From Bacteroidetes bacterium UBA7692 (GTDB taxonomy: Bacteria; Bacteroidota; Bacteroidia; Chitinophagales; LD1), in assembly GCA_002482725.1 (NCBI GenBank), contig DLGO01000001.1:856-64855 (forward strand): a stretch of DNA of 64,000 bases. Direction: 5' to 3'. Below the pieces are notes generated by a model. It was given only the letters and a program-made list of their open reading frames with translations, searched no databases and was not told the DNA's origin. The position numbers were made by a program, and so were the translations under genes. Shown piece after piece: positions 37,973 through 48,037 of the stretch. Numbering within the stretch: position 1 is the stretch's first letter; every line of letters starts with the position of its first letter.

Positions 37973-38697
37973 TTGCGGCTCTCCAGTACGGTTTTGGTTG
38001 AAAAAATAAACAGCCCTATGCAGCCTGCAAAGTATACCAGGTCACGCGTGTCCAATACGCCCTTACTCATAGAGGCATAGTGCGCATTGATACCGAATTG
38101 CTCTACCAGGTAATCATTCTTGCCAAAAAATATACCCAGCTTGGCCAGGTAATCAAATGCCTGGTAAATAAAGAAGCAAAGGAATACACCTAATATAAAG
38201 GCGACAATTTGGTTGGCTGTTACCGCCGAGCAAAATATGCCGATAGATACAAATACTGCCCCCAGCAAAAATAAGCCGATGTAAGAGCCGATGATGCCAC
38301 CGGTATCTACATTGCCTACAGGTGTTGCCAACCGGTATATGGTGATGTAATAAATAACCGTAGGCACCAGGGCAAGAAAAACCAAAGCAAGGGAAGCCAG
38401 GTATTTACCACCGATTATCTGTATATCGGTTATAGGCCTTGTAGCCAGTAGTTCGTAGGTGCCGGTATTTATTTCTTCTGCAAAGCTGCGCATAGTGATG
38501 GCAGGTATCAGGAACATAAATATATAGGGCCCCATATCAAAAAGGGCATCCAGAGATGCATACCCGAAGTCCAGGATATTCGTATCCGGAAATATCCAGA
38601 TGAACAGCCCCAGCACTAGCAGGAAAACCACCAGTGCTATATAGCCTATCAGCGAGCTGAAAAACTGTTTAAATTCTTTAAGGAAGATTGCTACCAT
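37966..38697 (-). CDS. gldF: gliding motility-associated ABC transporter permease GldF
   Basis: 243 aa ABC-2-type permease with six TM segments, immediately upstream of and overlapping gldG. Confidence 0.8.
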   Translation of the reverse strand: MVAIFLKEFKQFFSSLIGYIALVVFLLVLGLFIWIFPDTNILDFGYASLDALFDMGPYIFMFLIPAITMRSFAEEINTGTYELLATRPITDIQIIGGKYLASLALVFLALVPTVIYYITIYRLATPVGNVDTGGIIGSYIGLFLLGAVFVSIGIFCSAVTANQIVAFILGVFLCFFIYQAFDYLAKLGIFFGKNDYLVEQFGINAHYASMSKGVLDTRDLVYFAGCIGLFIFSTKTVLESRKW

Positions 38698-38769
38698 AAG
38701 CAGGTGCGAAAATAAGCGCGCGATTCGATTTTTTTAGATATTAAGTGGTCATTCAGGCTAATTCCTCTG

Positions 38770-39708
38770 TTAAGGTATTACAACCCGCAGTGCTTTATGT
38801 ACTACATTTAGTTCAAATGGGCCTTCGCCTGCCAGGTCTCCATCCGTTTGCATCTTTACGGTATCGGTACTTTCTACCACTTCTATCTTTAGCGAGCTCG
38901 TGGTAAATGTCCATACATCCTTATGTTTTGGCAGGCTGCCATCGTATAGCATGATTATACGCCGCAGCACCTCCAGCTTCGATATATCCTTGGCTATGGT
39001 TACATGAAAGAGTCCATCATCGGGCACCGCACCGGGCGTCAATTGTATGCCGCCTCCGCAGTACCTGCCTATCCCGGCTATAGTCATGTATGCTTTTACT
39101 ATGGCCGACTCCCCATTGGCTGTTATTTTCAGTTGCGGCTTTTGAAACGATACCAGCCAGCGCAGCATGCCCAGCAGGTATGCCACAGGGCCGAATTTCT
39201 TTAACCTGGCAGTTCTTTCTACCACATATGAGTCAAACCCGCAGCCTGCAAAATTGATGAAGTATCGCTTTACAGCCTGTCCCTTGTCAAAGCAGTGCAC
39301 CACCCCTGCATCCTGTAGCATAGTTGTGCCGTTTTTAATGGCGGCTACTGCGCCTTCTATATTATGTGGTATGCCAAAGGTCCTTATCCAGTCGTTGCCT
39401 GTGCCTAGTGATATAATGGCTAGCGTTACATCTGTAGATGGGACTATTGTCTGCGTCAGTATTCCATTGGCTACATCGTGCATGTTGCCATCGCCTCCCA
39501 CGCATATTATTTTCCGGTAGCCTTTTTGTATTGCTTGCAGGGCCAGGTTTTGCCCGCCTCCCGCTTGGGTTGTCAGTTCAAAGTCATAAGGTATCCTGGC
39601 ATTGTTCAGCGCTGCTTGTACCTTGCTCCATTTGCGGTGCACGGTGCCATTGCCCGATACGGGATTAGCTATTATAAACCAGTTTTGTTGGGCTGTTTGC
39701 TCGTTCAC
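38770..39708 (-). CDS. diacylglycerol/lipid kinase family protein (YegS/BmrU-like)
   Basis: 312 aa. The DAGK catalytic motif is present (NPVSGNG..., VGGDGNMHDVANG, GTGNDW). Confidence 0.85.
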   Translation of the reverse strand: MNEQTAQQNWFIIANPVSGNGTVHRKWSKVQAALNNARIPYDFELTTQAGGGQNLALQAIQKGYRKIICVGGDGNMHDVANGILTQTIVPSTDVTLAIISLGTGNDWIRTFGIPHNIEGAVAAIKNGTTMLQDAGVVHCFDKGQAVKRYFINFAGCGFDSYVVERTARLKKFGPVAYLLGMLRWLVSFQKPQLKITANGESAIVKAYMTIAGIGRYCGGGIQLTPGAVPDDGLFHVTIAKDISKLEVLRRIIMLYDGSLPKHKDVWTFTTSSLKIEVVESTDTVKMQTDGDLAGEGPFELNVVHKALRVVIP

Positions 39709-40982
39709 GCAGATGCAGGTTGTTTCAGCAATTTAGAATAATCTTTCAGTAACCAAAACGAACCCACAAAACAAATGCCTGCCAATATCACCACCGGAAT
39801 AAAGATCATGTCGGCAGTATGGAAAAACGGAGCGGTAAACAGACCTATAAGGATCAGCCTGAAGGCAACGTTTGTTACAAAGAAAATACTGCTTACCCTG
39901 CCCAGCACATGATTGGGTATGTGGTGAAAAAGGTAGGTGATGCGCAATATCCGTACCCCCGAATTGCAGATGCCTATTACAAAGTTCACCAGCAGGAATA
40001 GCATGGTCGACTTGCCCGTAAGCATGGTCAGGTACATGCATCCCGATACAGCGCACAATATGATAAGCCCTTTCAGGTTATTGTTTTCCTTTATTACCAT
40101 AGATGTAAGGAATCCTGCCAGCAACGCACCTGCCGAAAAGAACATTTCGCTCAGCGCATATACATTGCCCGAAGCATTCAGGAACTTGTCTACAAATATC
40201 GGCCCTACATAAGTTCCGAATAGTATCACCGTCAGGAACACCAGCAGCGTCAGGTTGCCGAAGCGGAATACTACCTTGTCATTCCTCAGGAAGTTGATAC
40301 CCGTAGTCAGTCTTTCCCGCAGCTTCGAGGTGTCCACTTTTTTCTCACTTACAGGCATGGCTTTTATAAAGTAGATCATGATAAATGCGGCTACATAGGT
40401 CGCAGCATCTATCGAAAATATCTCATAGATGGTCAATGGCGCTATGCGTACATCTTTCAGAAAACCCATGCCCCATCCGGCAAATTGTGCGCCCTCAAAT
40501 CCATTTAGCAGTATCGCGCCTATGCCTCCTGCCAGCGTAAAGGATATCTGCCCTTGTATCTCCAGCAGCGATGTTATCCTGCTGTATTCTTCTTTGGGGG
40601 TTATCTCCTGTGCGTAGGCATACAGGTTGGGGAAGTGGATGTTGTATATCAGGGCTGTCATGCCAAATGCGCTGGCCACCAGGTACCATGGTAGTTCCTT
40701 GTATATAAATCCATAAGTGGATAATCCCGCCAATACCGTAAAGCCTACCACATTCAGTATCAGGAATATCTTTTTGCGGTCGTGCCTGTCTATCAGCGTG
40801 CCTGCATATACACCCCAGAATAGGGATATGAATGTGACAGCAAAGTAGATAATGCCGAACAAATCCTCCCGGTGTATAATGCCGGCAAAATACCACGGCA
40901 CAGCCAGCATCGTTATACCCTGCGATACACCCGATATGGCGTTTGCTATAAGCAGTAAGTAAATAGGTTTGCCGTTTTTCAT
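39705..40982 (-). CDS. MFS transporter
   Basis: 425 aa with about 12 TM segments. It has the MFS loop motif GTLIDRHDRKK. The stop overlaps the lipid kinase start by 4 nt. Confidence 0.8.
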   Translation of the reverse strand: MKNGKPIYLLLIANAISGVSQGITMLAVPWYFAGIIHREDLFGIIYFAVTFISLFWGVYAGTLIDRHDRKKIFLILNVVGFTVLAGLSTYGFIYKELPWYLVASAFGMTALIYNIHFPNLYAYAQEITPKEEYSRITSLLEIQGQISFTLAGGIGAILLNGFEGAQFAGWGMGFLKDVRIAPLTIYEIFSIDAATYVAAFIMIYFIKAMPVSEKKVDTSKLRERLTTGINFLRNDKVVFRFGNLTLLVFLTVILFGTYVGPIFVDKFLNASGNVYALSEMFFSAGALLAGFLTSMVIKENNNLKGLIILCAVSGCMYLTMLTGKSTMLFLLVNFVIGICNSGVRILRITYLFHHIPNHVLGRVSSIFFVTNVAFRLILIGLFTAPFFHTADMIFIPVVILAGICFVGSFWLLKDYSKLLKQPASA

Positions 40983-41092
40983 GTTATAGGCGAATGTGCT
41001 GATTTTTAATGAAAACCCAATCGGGTGGTTTTAGTTCATAAAGTTGGCTGCCGCTGTGGCGGCAATTGGTTAACATTGTACTGCCGGTTTAT

Positions 41093-41545
41093 ATGCAGCA
41101 ACTCGATCCCTTAATAGTCAACAAGATTATCAGCTACTGCGAGTACCAGGAGCGCTGCGAATCTGATGTCAAAAAGAAGCTGCGCACCTTGGAGGTAAAG
41201 GATGCCGTGCCTTACCTGCAGCGGCTGCGCGATGCCCGTTTTGTCGACGATGCCCGCTTTACGCGTATCTTCATCGATAGCCGCTATAAGCGCTGGGGCA
41301 AGAACAAGCTACTGCTGGAGCTCCGCAAGCGCAATATTTCCAAGGATATTTACCAACCTATGCTCGATGAGCTCCAGGACGGTGACGACTATATGCAGGC
41401 CATTGAAAATGCAGCTACCAAAAAATGGAAATCCATAAAGGGCAAAAGCCTCATGGAGCGCAAAAGCAAGCTTATCCGCTTTCTGCTGGGCAAAGGTTTC
41501 GAAATGGATAAGATCCGGTCTGTGGTCGGCAAGCTGCAGGAATAA
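41093..41545 (+). CDS. recX: RecX family regulatory protein
   Basis: The ATG at 41093 (MQQLDPL...) is preferred over the listed TTG at 41066. The repeated helical pattern (YCEYQERCESDVKKKL, DDARFTRIFIDSR, KGFEMDKI) is typical of RecX. Confidence 0.75.
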   Translation: MQQLDPLIVNKIISYCEYQERCESDVKKKLRTLEVKDAVPYLQRLRDARFVDDARFTRIFIDSRYKRWGKNKLLLELRKRNISKDIYQPMLDELQDGDDYMQAIENAATKKWKSIKGKSLMERKSKLIRFLLGKGFEMDKIRSVVGKLQE

Positions 41546-41549
41546 CCCC

Positions 41550-42734
41550 TTACTTAATAACCCCAAGCTCCTTACCCACCTTTACAAATGCCTTAACAGC
41601 ATGCTCCAGATGCTCGCGTTCGTGTGCTGCACTTACCTGTACGCGTATACGCGCCTGACCTTTGGCTACTACGGGGTAAAAGAACCCGATTACATACACC
41701 CCTTCATCCAAAAGTTTGGCTGCGAAGTTCTGCGCCAGCACAGCATCGTACAGCATTACAGGTACTATAGGGTGGGTGCCCGGTTTTATCTCAAATCCCG
41801 CATCGGTCATTGCCTTGCGGAAGAATATGGTGTTTGCTTCCAGTTTGTCGCGCAGGGCAGTTGATGCGCTCAGCATCTTCAGCACTTCCAGCGATGCGCC
41901 AACTATGGCAGGCATCAGGGTATTGCTGAACAGGTATGGCCTGGACCTTTGGCGCAGCAGGTCTATTATTTCCTTTTTACCGGAGGTGAATCCACCACTC
42001 GCACCACCCAGTGCTTTGCCCAGGGTGCCGGTTATAATATCTACTTTGCCCAGCACACCACAGTGCTCATGCACACCGCGTCCTGTTTTGCCCATGAAGC
42101 CCGTGCTGTGGCATTCGTCGCTCATGATCAGGGCATTGTATTTTTCTGCCAGTGCTACTATTTTATCCATTTGCGCTATGGTGCCATCCATGCTAAACAC
42201 ACCATCTGTTACTATGATGCGCGAACGGTTCTTTTGCGTCTCCTGTAGTTTTGTTTCCAGGTCAGCCATGTGGTTGTGCTTGTAGCGCAGGCGCTCTGCC
42301 TTGCACAGGCGCACGCCGTCTATTATAGAGGCATGGTTCAGTTCATCCGATATGATAGCATCTTCTTCACCAAACAGTGGCTCAAACACTCCCCCATTTG
42401 CATCAAATGCCGCGGCATATAGTATTGTATCTTCTGTACCCAAAAATTCCGAAAGCTTTGCCTCCAGCTCCTTGTGTATATTCTGCGTGCCGCATATAAA
42501 GCGCACACTGCTCAGGCCAAATCCATGGGAGTCCAGAGCATTTTTTGCCGCAGCTATTACCCTTTCGTTGTCAGACAGGCCCAGGTAGTTGTTTGCACAA
42601 AAGTTGATTACCTCTTTGCCATTGGCAACTATGTTGGCTGCCTGCGGGCTGGAGATAATCCTTTCCTTTTTAAACAATCCGTTGCGCTCTATTTCTGCCA
42701 GTTCTGCGGCTAGTCTTTCTTGTATAGCGTACAT
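41550..42734 (-). CDS. kbl: glycine C-acetyltransferase (2-amino-3-ketobutyrate CoA ligase)
   Basis: 394 aa. The PLP-Lys context is GTLGKALGG. DGVFSMDG and NYLGL also match. Overall pattern fits the Kbl/AONS family and the length is Kbl-like. Confidence 0.85.
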   Translation of the reverse strand: MYAIQERLAAELAEIERNGLFKKERIISSPQAANIVANGKEVINFCANNYLGLSDNERVIAAAKNALDSHGFGLSSVRFICGTQNIHKELEAKLSEFLGTEDTILYAAAFDANGGVFEPLFGEEDAIISDELNHASIIDGVRLCKAERLRYKHNHMADLETKLQETQKNRSRIIVTDGVFSMDGTIAQMDKIVALAEKYNALIMSDECHSTGFMGKTGRGVHEHCGVLGKVDIITGTLGKALGGASGGFTSGKKEIIDLLRQRSRPYLFSNTLMPAIVGASLEVLKMLSASTALRDKLEANTIFFRKAMTDAGFEIKPGTHPIVPVMLYDAVLAQNFAAKLLDEGVYVIGFFYPVVAKGQARIRVQVSAAHEREHLEHAVKAFVKVGKELGVIK

Positions 42735-42777
42735 AAATATTCTGTAGGTAGTGTTCTGTAAATAGTAATGGTAAGCC

Positions 42778-43230
42778 TTATTCCCCTAATGAGGATTTAA
42801 TGATTTCTGCTACCACTTTATTGTCGGCTTTGCCGGCCAGTAGTTTACTTGCAGCGCCCATTACCTTGCCCATTTCTTTTTGCGACTTAGCGCCTGTATC
42901 TGCTATTACCTTAGCTACTATGGTGCGTATTTCGTCTTCGCTCATCATAGCAGGCAGGTACCTTTCTATCACGGCTACTTCTTCCTGCTCTTTTACTATC
43001 AGGTCGTTGCGGTTTGCTTTCTCAAACTCTGTTATCGAGTCCTTGCGCTGTTTCAGCATTTTTTGCAATATCTGAACACCGCGCTCTTCGGTTACTTCAC
43101 CCGTGCCGCCTTTTTCTGTTTTAGCCAGCATTATTGCGCTTTTTATTGCGCGTATTGCCCTCAAGCCTGCTTCGTCTTTGGCCATCATTGCTGCTTTCAG
43201 GTCTGCGTTTATCTTTTCTTCCAATGCCAT
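42778..43230 (-). CDS. GatB/YqeY domain-containing protein
   Basis: 150 aa. MALEEKINADLKAAMMAKD...LRAIKSAI...KQRKDSI...YLP are YqeY-family hallmarks. Confidence 0.85.
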   Translation of the reverse strand: MALEEKINADLKAAMMAKDEAGLRAIRAIKSAIMLAKTEKGGTGEVTEERGVQILQKMLKQRKDSITEFEKANRNDLIVKEQEEVAVIERYLPAMMSEDEIRTIVAKVIADTGAKSQKEMGKVMGAASKLLAGKADNKVVAEIIKSSLGE

Positions 43231-43281
43231 GGTACTATCGTTTTTTATGTTGTATTAAGTAAATTATTGTTTGTACTTATC

Positions 43282-44190
43282 TTATGAAGTCAGCTGCTTG
43301 AATACCTCTTCCAGCGAGTAACTCTCTTTGTGCAATTCCAGCAGGGTCAGTTGCCTTTGCTTCGCAAACTCAAATATCTCTTCGCGAATATCTTTTTGCC
43401 CTGCTGCGGTAAACTGCCAGTTGCCACCATCCAGCTGCACTATGTGGTTTACACCTTTTATCTCGCTCAGTATGGCTTTCGTCACCGGTTGTTTAAAGGC
43501 TGCCGTCACCAGCATCTCATTGTTTATGCGGCTCTGTAGCTGCTCGGTAGTATCATCGGCCACTATCTTGCCCTTATTGATGATAATAACCCTGTCGGCC
43601 ACGGCCTGCACCTCCTGCATGATGTGCGATGAGAATACCACCGTTTTATCCCTGCCCAGCTTTTTTATCAGTGCGCGTATCTCTACCAGTTGGTTCGGGT
43701 CCAGTCCGCTTGTCGGTTCGTCCAATATCAGCACTTCCGGGTTGTGCAGCATCGCTTGCGCCAGCCCTACCCTTTGCTTGTATCCTTTCGATAGTTGGCC
43801 TACCTTCTTTCTGCGCTCGGCAGTCAGCCCTGTGGCTTCCAGCATCTCGTCTATGCGCGACTTTGTTTTGGTACCTAGCTTGTGTATGCCTGCCATAAAC
43901 TCCAGGTACTCCACCACATACATATCGTAGTATAGCGGGTTGCTTTCCGGCAGGTAGCCTATGTGCTTTTGCGCCTCTATTACATCGGTGGTTATATCCT
44001 TGCCGCATACCAACGCCGAGCCTGCTGTCTGTGGCAGGTAGCCCGTCAGTATTTTCATGGTGGTGCTTTTTCCTGCGCCATTTGGCCCCAGGAATCCAAG
44101 CACTTCGCCTTTCTTTACTTCAAACGATATATCGTTTACCGCCTTTTGCGGTCCGTATTCTTTAGTAAGGTTTTTAACCAGTATTGACAT
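43282..44190 (-). CDS. gldA: gliding motility-associated ABC transporter ATP-binding protein GldA
   Basis: 302 aa. Walker A GPNGAGKSTTM, signature LSKGYKQRV and Walker B LILDEPTSGLD. This is the ABC-2-type ATPase expected to partner with gldF/gldG. Confidence 0.75.
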   Translation of the reverse strand: MSILVKNLTKEYGPQKAVNDISFEVKKGEVLGFLGPNGAGKSTTMKILTGYLPQTAGSALVCGKDITTDVIEAQKHIGYLPESNPLYYDMYVVEYLEFMAGIHKLGTKTKSRIDEMLEATGLTAERRKKVGQLSKGYKQRVGLAQAMLHNPEVLILDEPTSGLDPNQLVEIRALIKKLGRDKTVVFSSHIMQEVQAVADRVIIINKGKIVADDTTEQLQSRINNEMLVTAAFKQPVTKAILSEIKGVNHIVQLDGGNWQFTAAGQKDIREEIFEFAKQRQLTLLELHKESYSLEEVFKQLTS

Positions 44191-44200
44191 GTTGCGCTGC

Positions 44201-44548
44201 TTAAAACTTATATTTCTTCACTTTCAATCCATATTTTTTGGCCTCTGCGCAGCTCACTTTTATGCTGTGCAGCTTTAGCGGTGTGCCCGCCATCCGAAAG
44301 TTAGGTGGTATTTTTCCTACCTCGCCTGTAAAGGTAACTTTCAAACCATCTTTTTTTAAAGAATCGGGTAGCTGCCTGCTTATATACCTCTCGTTTGGGT
44401 CGGCGTCCGTTATTATCACCACCAAGTCCTCGCTCAGCACTTTTATGCTGCCTTTTACATTCTTTATGGTCTTGTACCATTCAAAATCCTGCGCCTGCAC
44501 AGCACAGCTTGCCAGCACCAATCCGCATATCAACATTACGTACTTCAT
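44201..44548 (-). CDS. hypothetical secreted protein or lipoprotein
   Basis: 115 aa. The signal peptide is MKYVMLICGLVLASCAVQAQ. It lies 10 nt downstream of gldA. I recognise no family. Confidence 0.55.
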   Translation of the reverse strand: MKYVMLICGLVLASCAVQAQDFEWYKTIKNVKGSIKVLSEDLVVIITDADPNERYISRQLPDSLKKDGLKVTFTGEVGKIPPNFRMAGTPLKLHSIKVSCAEAKKYGLKVKKYKF

Positions 44549-44680
44549 ATATCCCTTTCTTTTTTTAACACCCCAAATATGTTGCCAAAAATCGGAATCA
44601 AACTGTTGATAATCCCTAAACAGCTAAATTTTTATCAATTCCGGGCTGTTACATGTTTCGTCTGAATGTATATTCGCGCC

Positions 44681-46228
44681 ATGAGCACATCGACAACATC
44701 ACCTGCTATCACATTTCAGGATATTATTTCGCACTGCAAGGAGTATGGCTTCATTTTCCCTTCATCAGAGATATATGATGGCCTTAGCGCCGTTTACGAC
44801 TATGGCCCTTATGGCATAGAGCTGAAAAACAACCTGCAGCAGTTCTGGTGGAAGTCCATGGTGCAGCTGAACGAAAACATCGTGGGCCTGGATGCAGCTA
44901 TATTCATGCACCCGAAAACCTGGAAGGCCAGCGGTCACGTGGATGCTTTCATGGATCCTTTGATAGATAACAAAGACTCTAAGAAAAGGTACCGCGCCGA
45001 TGTGCTGATAGAAGACGCCCTGGCTAAGTTTGAAGACAAAATTGCAAAGGAGGCCGATAAGGCAGCCAAGAAATTCGGCGATACCTTCGACCGCGAAATG
45101 TTCCTGAAAACCAACCCCAACGTGCTGCGCACACAGGAGAAGTTCGATGCTACAGAGGCGCGCTTCAAAAAAGCGCTGGAAGACAACGACCTTGCAGAAG
45201 TACGCCAGATAATCATAGACCTGGAGATTGCCTGCCCTGTCAGCGGCACCAAAAACTGGACCGAAGTGCGTCAGTTCAACCTGATGTTCAGCACCGAGGT
45301 GGGTTCTGTGGCCGAAGAAGCATCTACCATATACCTGCGCCCCGAAACAGCACAGGGAATATTCGTTAACTTCCTGAACGTGCAGAACACTTCGCGCCAG
45401 CGCATACCGTTTGGTATAGCGCAGATTGGCAAGGCTTTCCGAAACGAGATAGTAGCGCGCCAGTTCATATTCCGCACACGTGAGTTCGAGCAAATGGAGA
45501 TGCAGTATTTCGTGCGCCCCGGCTCCGAAATGGAGTGGTTCCACCACTGGAAAGAGTCGCGCATGAAATGGCACCGCAGCCTTGGTTTTGCCGAAACCAA
45601 CCTTAAGTTTTACGACCACCTGAAGCTGGCACACTACGCCAATGCAGCGGTAGACATACAGTTCAACTTTCCGTTTGGCTTCAAAGAAATAGAGGGCATA
45701 CACAGCCGTACCGATTTCGATTTGAAGAGCCACCAGGAGCTGAGCGGCAAAAAGCTACAGTACTTCGACCCCGAGCTGAACCAAAGCTACATACCGTATG
45801 TGGTAGAAACCTCGGTAGGTCTTAACCGTACCTTCCTTGCACTGATATGCAATGGCCTGAAGAACGAAAAGCTGGAAGACGGCAGCGAGCGCACTGTGCT
45901 TCAACTGCCTCCTTTCCTGGCGCCTATCAAAATAGCTGTATTCCCATTGGTGAAAAAAGACGGTCTGCCGGAAAAAGCGCGCGAAATATTCGACGTGCTT
46001 AAATTCGACCACCGCTGCTTCTACGAAGAGAAAGACAATATCGGCAAGCGCTATCGCAGGCAGGATGCTATAGGCACGCCTTTCTGCATAACTGTAGACC
46101 ACCAAACACTGGAAGACAATATGGTAACCCTGCGCGAACGCGACAGCATGCAGCAGGAGCGTATCAGCATAGAGCGCCTTCAGCAGGTGGTAAACGAAAA
46201 AGTAGACTGGAGAAAAGCCTACAAATAG
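44681..46228 (+). CDS. glyQS: glycyl-tRNA synthetase (dimeric GlyQS type)
   Basis: About 515 aa from the ATG at 44681 (44666 is also possible). Class II motifs are present (YLRPETAQG, GKAFRNEI, FEQMEMQYF) together with an anticodon-binding C-terminus. Confidence 0.95.
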   Translation: MSTSTTSPAITFQDIISHCKEYGFIFPSSEIYDGLSAVYDYGPYGIELKNNLQQFWWKSMVQLNENIVGLDAAIFMHPKTWKASGHVDAFMDPLIDNKDSKKRYRADVLIEDALAKFEDKIAKEADKAAKKFGDTFDREMFLKTNPNVLRTQEKFDATEARFKKALEDNDLAEVRQIIIDLEIACPVSGTKNWTEVRQFNLMFSTEVGSVAEEASTIYLRPETAQGIFVNFLNVQNTSRQRIPFGIAQIGKAFRNEIVARQFIFRTREFEQMEMQYFVRPGSEMEWFHHWKESRMKWHRSLGFAETNLKFYDHLKLAHYANAAVDIQFNFPFGFKEIEGIHSRTDFDLKSHQELSGKKLQYFDPELNQSYIPYVVETSVGLNRTFLALICNGLKNEKLEDGSERTVLQLPPFLAPIKIAVFPLVKKDGLPEKAREIFDVLKFDHRCFYEEKDNIGKRYRRQDAIGTPFCITVDHQTLEDNMVTLRERDSMQQERISIERLQQVVNEKVDWRKAYK

Positions 46229-46267
46229 CCCTTGTCAGTAGCTTACTTTTTGCAATTCCCAACTGTT

Positions 46268-46548
46268 AAAAAATGGCGGTGGTTGGCGGTGGCTGGCGGA
46301 ATTTGCGTTTTTCAGCATGAATTTCGCTTTTTTGCGGCACTTTCAATGCGCTAAACCTTTTGCCCTCAACACTCTTAGCCAAATTTCTGTCGGTAAAAAC
46401 ACGGACAGTTTTTCGGCTTTCTGTCGGTACCATCACCCAAAAAAGTGGCGGTGGTTGGCGGTGAGTGGCGGAAATTACGTTTTTTCAGCCTTTTTGAAAT
46501 TGTTAAAATCTGCGGTACCAAAATTGCGGTATTTCTGACGGTGTTTTA
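46268..46548 (+). repeat. direct repeats and a TG(N)CGGT word array in a coding-free island
   Basis: A ~45-bp direct repeat AAAAAA(T/G)GGCGGTGGTTGGCGGTG(GC/AG)TGGCGGAA(A)TT(TG/A)CGTTTTTCAGC occurs at 46268-46316 and 46439-46489. CTGTCGGTA occurs at 46387 and 46421, CTGCGGTACCA at 46510, TTGCGGTA at 46524, CTGACGGTG at 46536 and an outlier CAGTCGGTAAAT at 46819. Confidence 0.8.
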
Positions 46549-46986
46549 TTCACACACGCCGTCCTGTATTCCCAAATTTTAATTGTACTCCGGCTGTAAA
46601 AAAATCCGTGTGTTTCAGTGAAATCTGAGTAATCTGTGATCCCATTTCAGACAAAAAAAGAACGCTCCGGGTCATCGATCCACGCGCTAATGTAAATGTC
46701 AAGTGCTATTCGACTTTAGCAAAAAAGGCGGCAAAGTTTTTTGCCTGGTCTAACTACATGATTAGCAGGTGCATGTATGTAAATTAAAAAATGTGAATGC
46801 CTGTCTTTTAATGCTCTTCAGTCGGTAAATATTTTTACCTCTGGCACAAATTAGCCTAACTAATGTATCGCGTTTGGTGTTTTGGTTTTTACGAAATAAA
46901 TACGTGTATTCAATAGGCAATGGGAATTCATAATGTCGAATATTGGTTGCTGAACCTTACAATAACATTTTCATCTTTGCGGCCAA

Positions 46987-47889
46987 ATGAAAAATATAAG
47001 GGCGCACATCATGTTGCTTATCGTAAACCTGTTTTACGGGGCAGGTTTTACAGTTTCTAAGATGGTGATGCCGGAGTTCATAAAGCCCTTTGGTTTTATT
47101 GCAGTCAGGGTATCGGTTACGCTGATACTGTTTGTTATACTGCACGAGATTTTCATCAGGGAAAAGATACAGAAGAAAGACTTTGGCCTGCTGGCCCTGT
47201 GCAGCTTGTTTGGTGTGGTGCTTAATATGGAAATGTTTTTTGTGGGCCTCAGTATTACCACGCCCATAAATGCTGCGCTTATTATGATCATGACGCCCAT
47301 ACTCACCATTATCATATCCTCGTTTGTAGGCAGGGAGGCGCTCACCGGCCGCAAAATTGCAGGCATTGTATTGGGCACCCTTGGCGCGCTGATAATACTA
47401 TCCGGCCGCGGCTTCGATTTCTCTTCTAAGACCATGCTGGGCGACCTGTGCATTCTTATCAATGCTGCCTCCTATGCGGTGTACCTGGTTATTGCCAAGC
47501 CGCTGATGAAGAAATACCATCCGCTTACGGTTATCCGCTGGGTGTTTACCTTCGGTGCTGTTCCCGTATTGATATTTGGGTTGGGGCAATTGCAGGATGT
47601 GCGCTGGTTCGAGTTTTCTACCACTACCTGGCTGGCCGTGGTGTTTGTGGTAATGGGTACTACCTTTTTTGCCTACCTGTTCAATATGCTGGCACTGCGC
47701 GAGGTCAACTCGTCGGTAGTAAGCGCATACATTTATCTGCAGCCTATACTGGCTACCATTATTTCAATACTGGTAAAAAGCGATACGCTTACCATGGAAA
47801 AAGTAATATCGGGCGTGCTGATATTTTCAGGAGTGTTCCTGGTGTCGTATTCGGGCCAAATGAAACTGTTTGGCAGGGTTACGAAGTAG
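46987..47889 (+). CDS. DMT superfamily (EamA-like) transporter
   Basis: 300 aa with ten TM segments arranged as two EamA-like halves. Confidence 0.8.
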   Translation: MKNIRAHIMLLIVNLFYGAGFTVSKMVMPEFIKPFGFIAVRVSVTLILFVILHEIFIREKIQKKDFGLLALCSLFGVVLNMEMFFVGLSITTPINAALIMIMTPILTIIISSFVGREALTGRKIAGIVLGTLGALIILSGRGFDFSSKTMLGDLCILINAASYAVYLVIAKPLMKKYHPLTVIRWVFTFGAVPVLIFGLGQLQDVRWFEFSTTTWLAVVFVVMGTTFFAYLFNMLALREVNSSVVSAYIYLQPILATIISILVKSDTLTMEKVISGVLIFSGVFLVSYSGQMKLFGRVTK

Positions 47890-48037
47890 TTTGTTCAGTG
47901 GCATCAATTATTGCCACCATGAGTTAAGAAGAGGTTAAAGGCCAGTTTGTTTTCAATAATAATTCCGGTAAGACTTAGTATTGCTGCTATAAAGGGGTGT
48001 GGTTTTTTGCGCTATGCCTGCAAGTTAAGCTACAATT

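Noticed and set aside
44765-45733. 322-aa ORF on the - strand
   Set aside because: It is a shadow ORF antisense to glyQS, whose class II synthetase motifs are unambiguous.
46317-46538. 73-aa + strand ORF in the second island
   Set aside because: It spans the direct repeats, has odd composition (WRWLAVSGGNY comes from the GGCGGT repeat), and has no supporting context.
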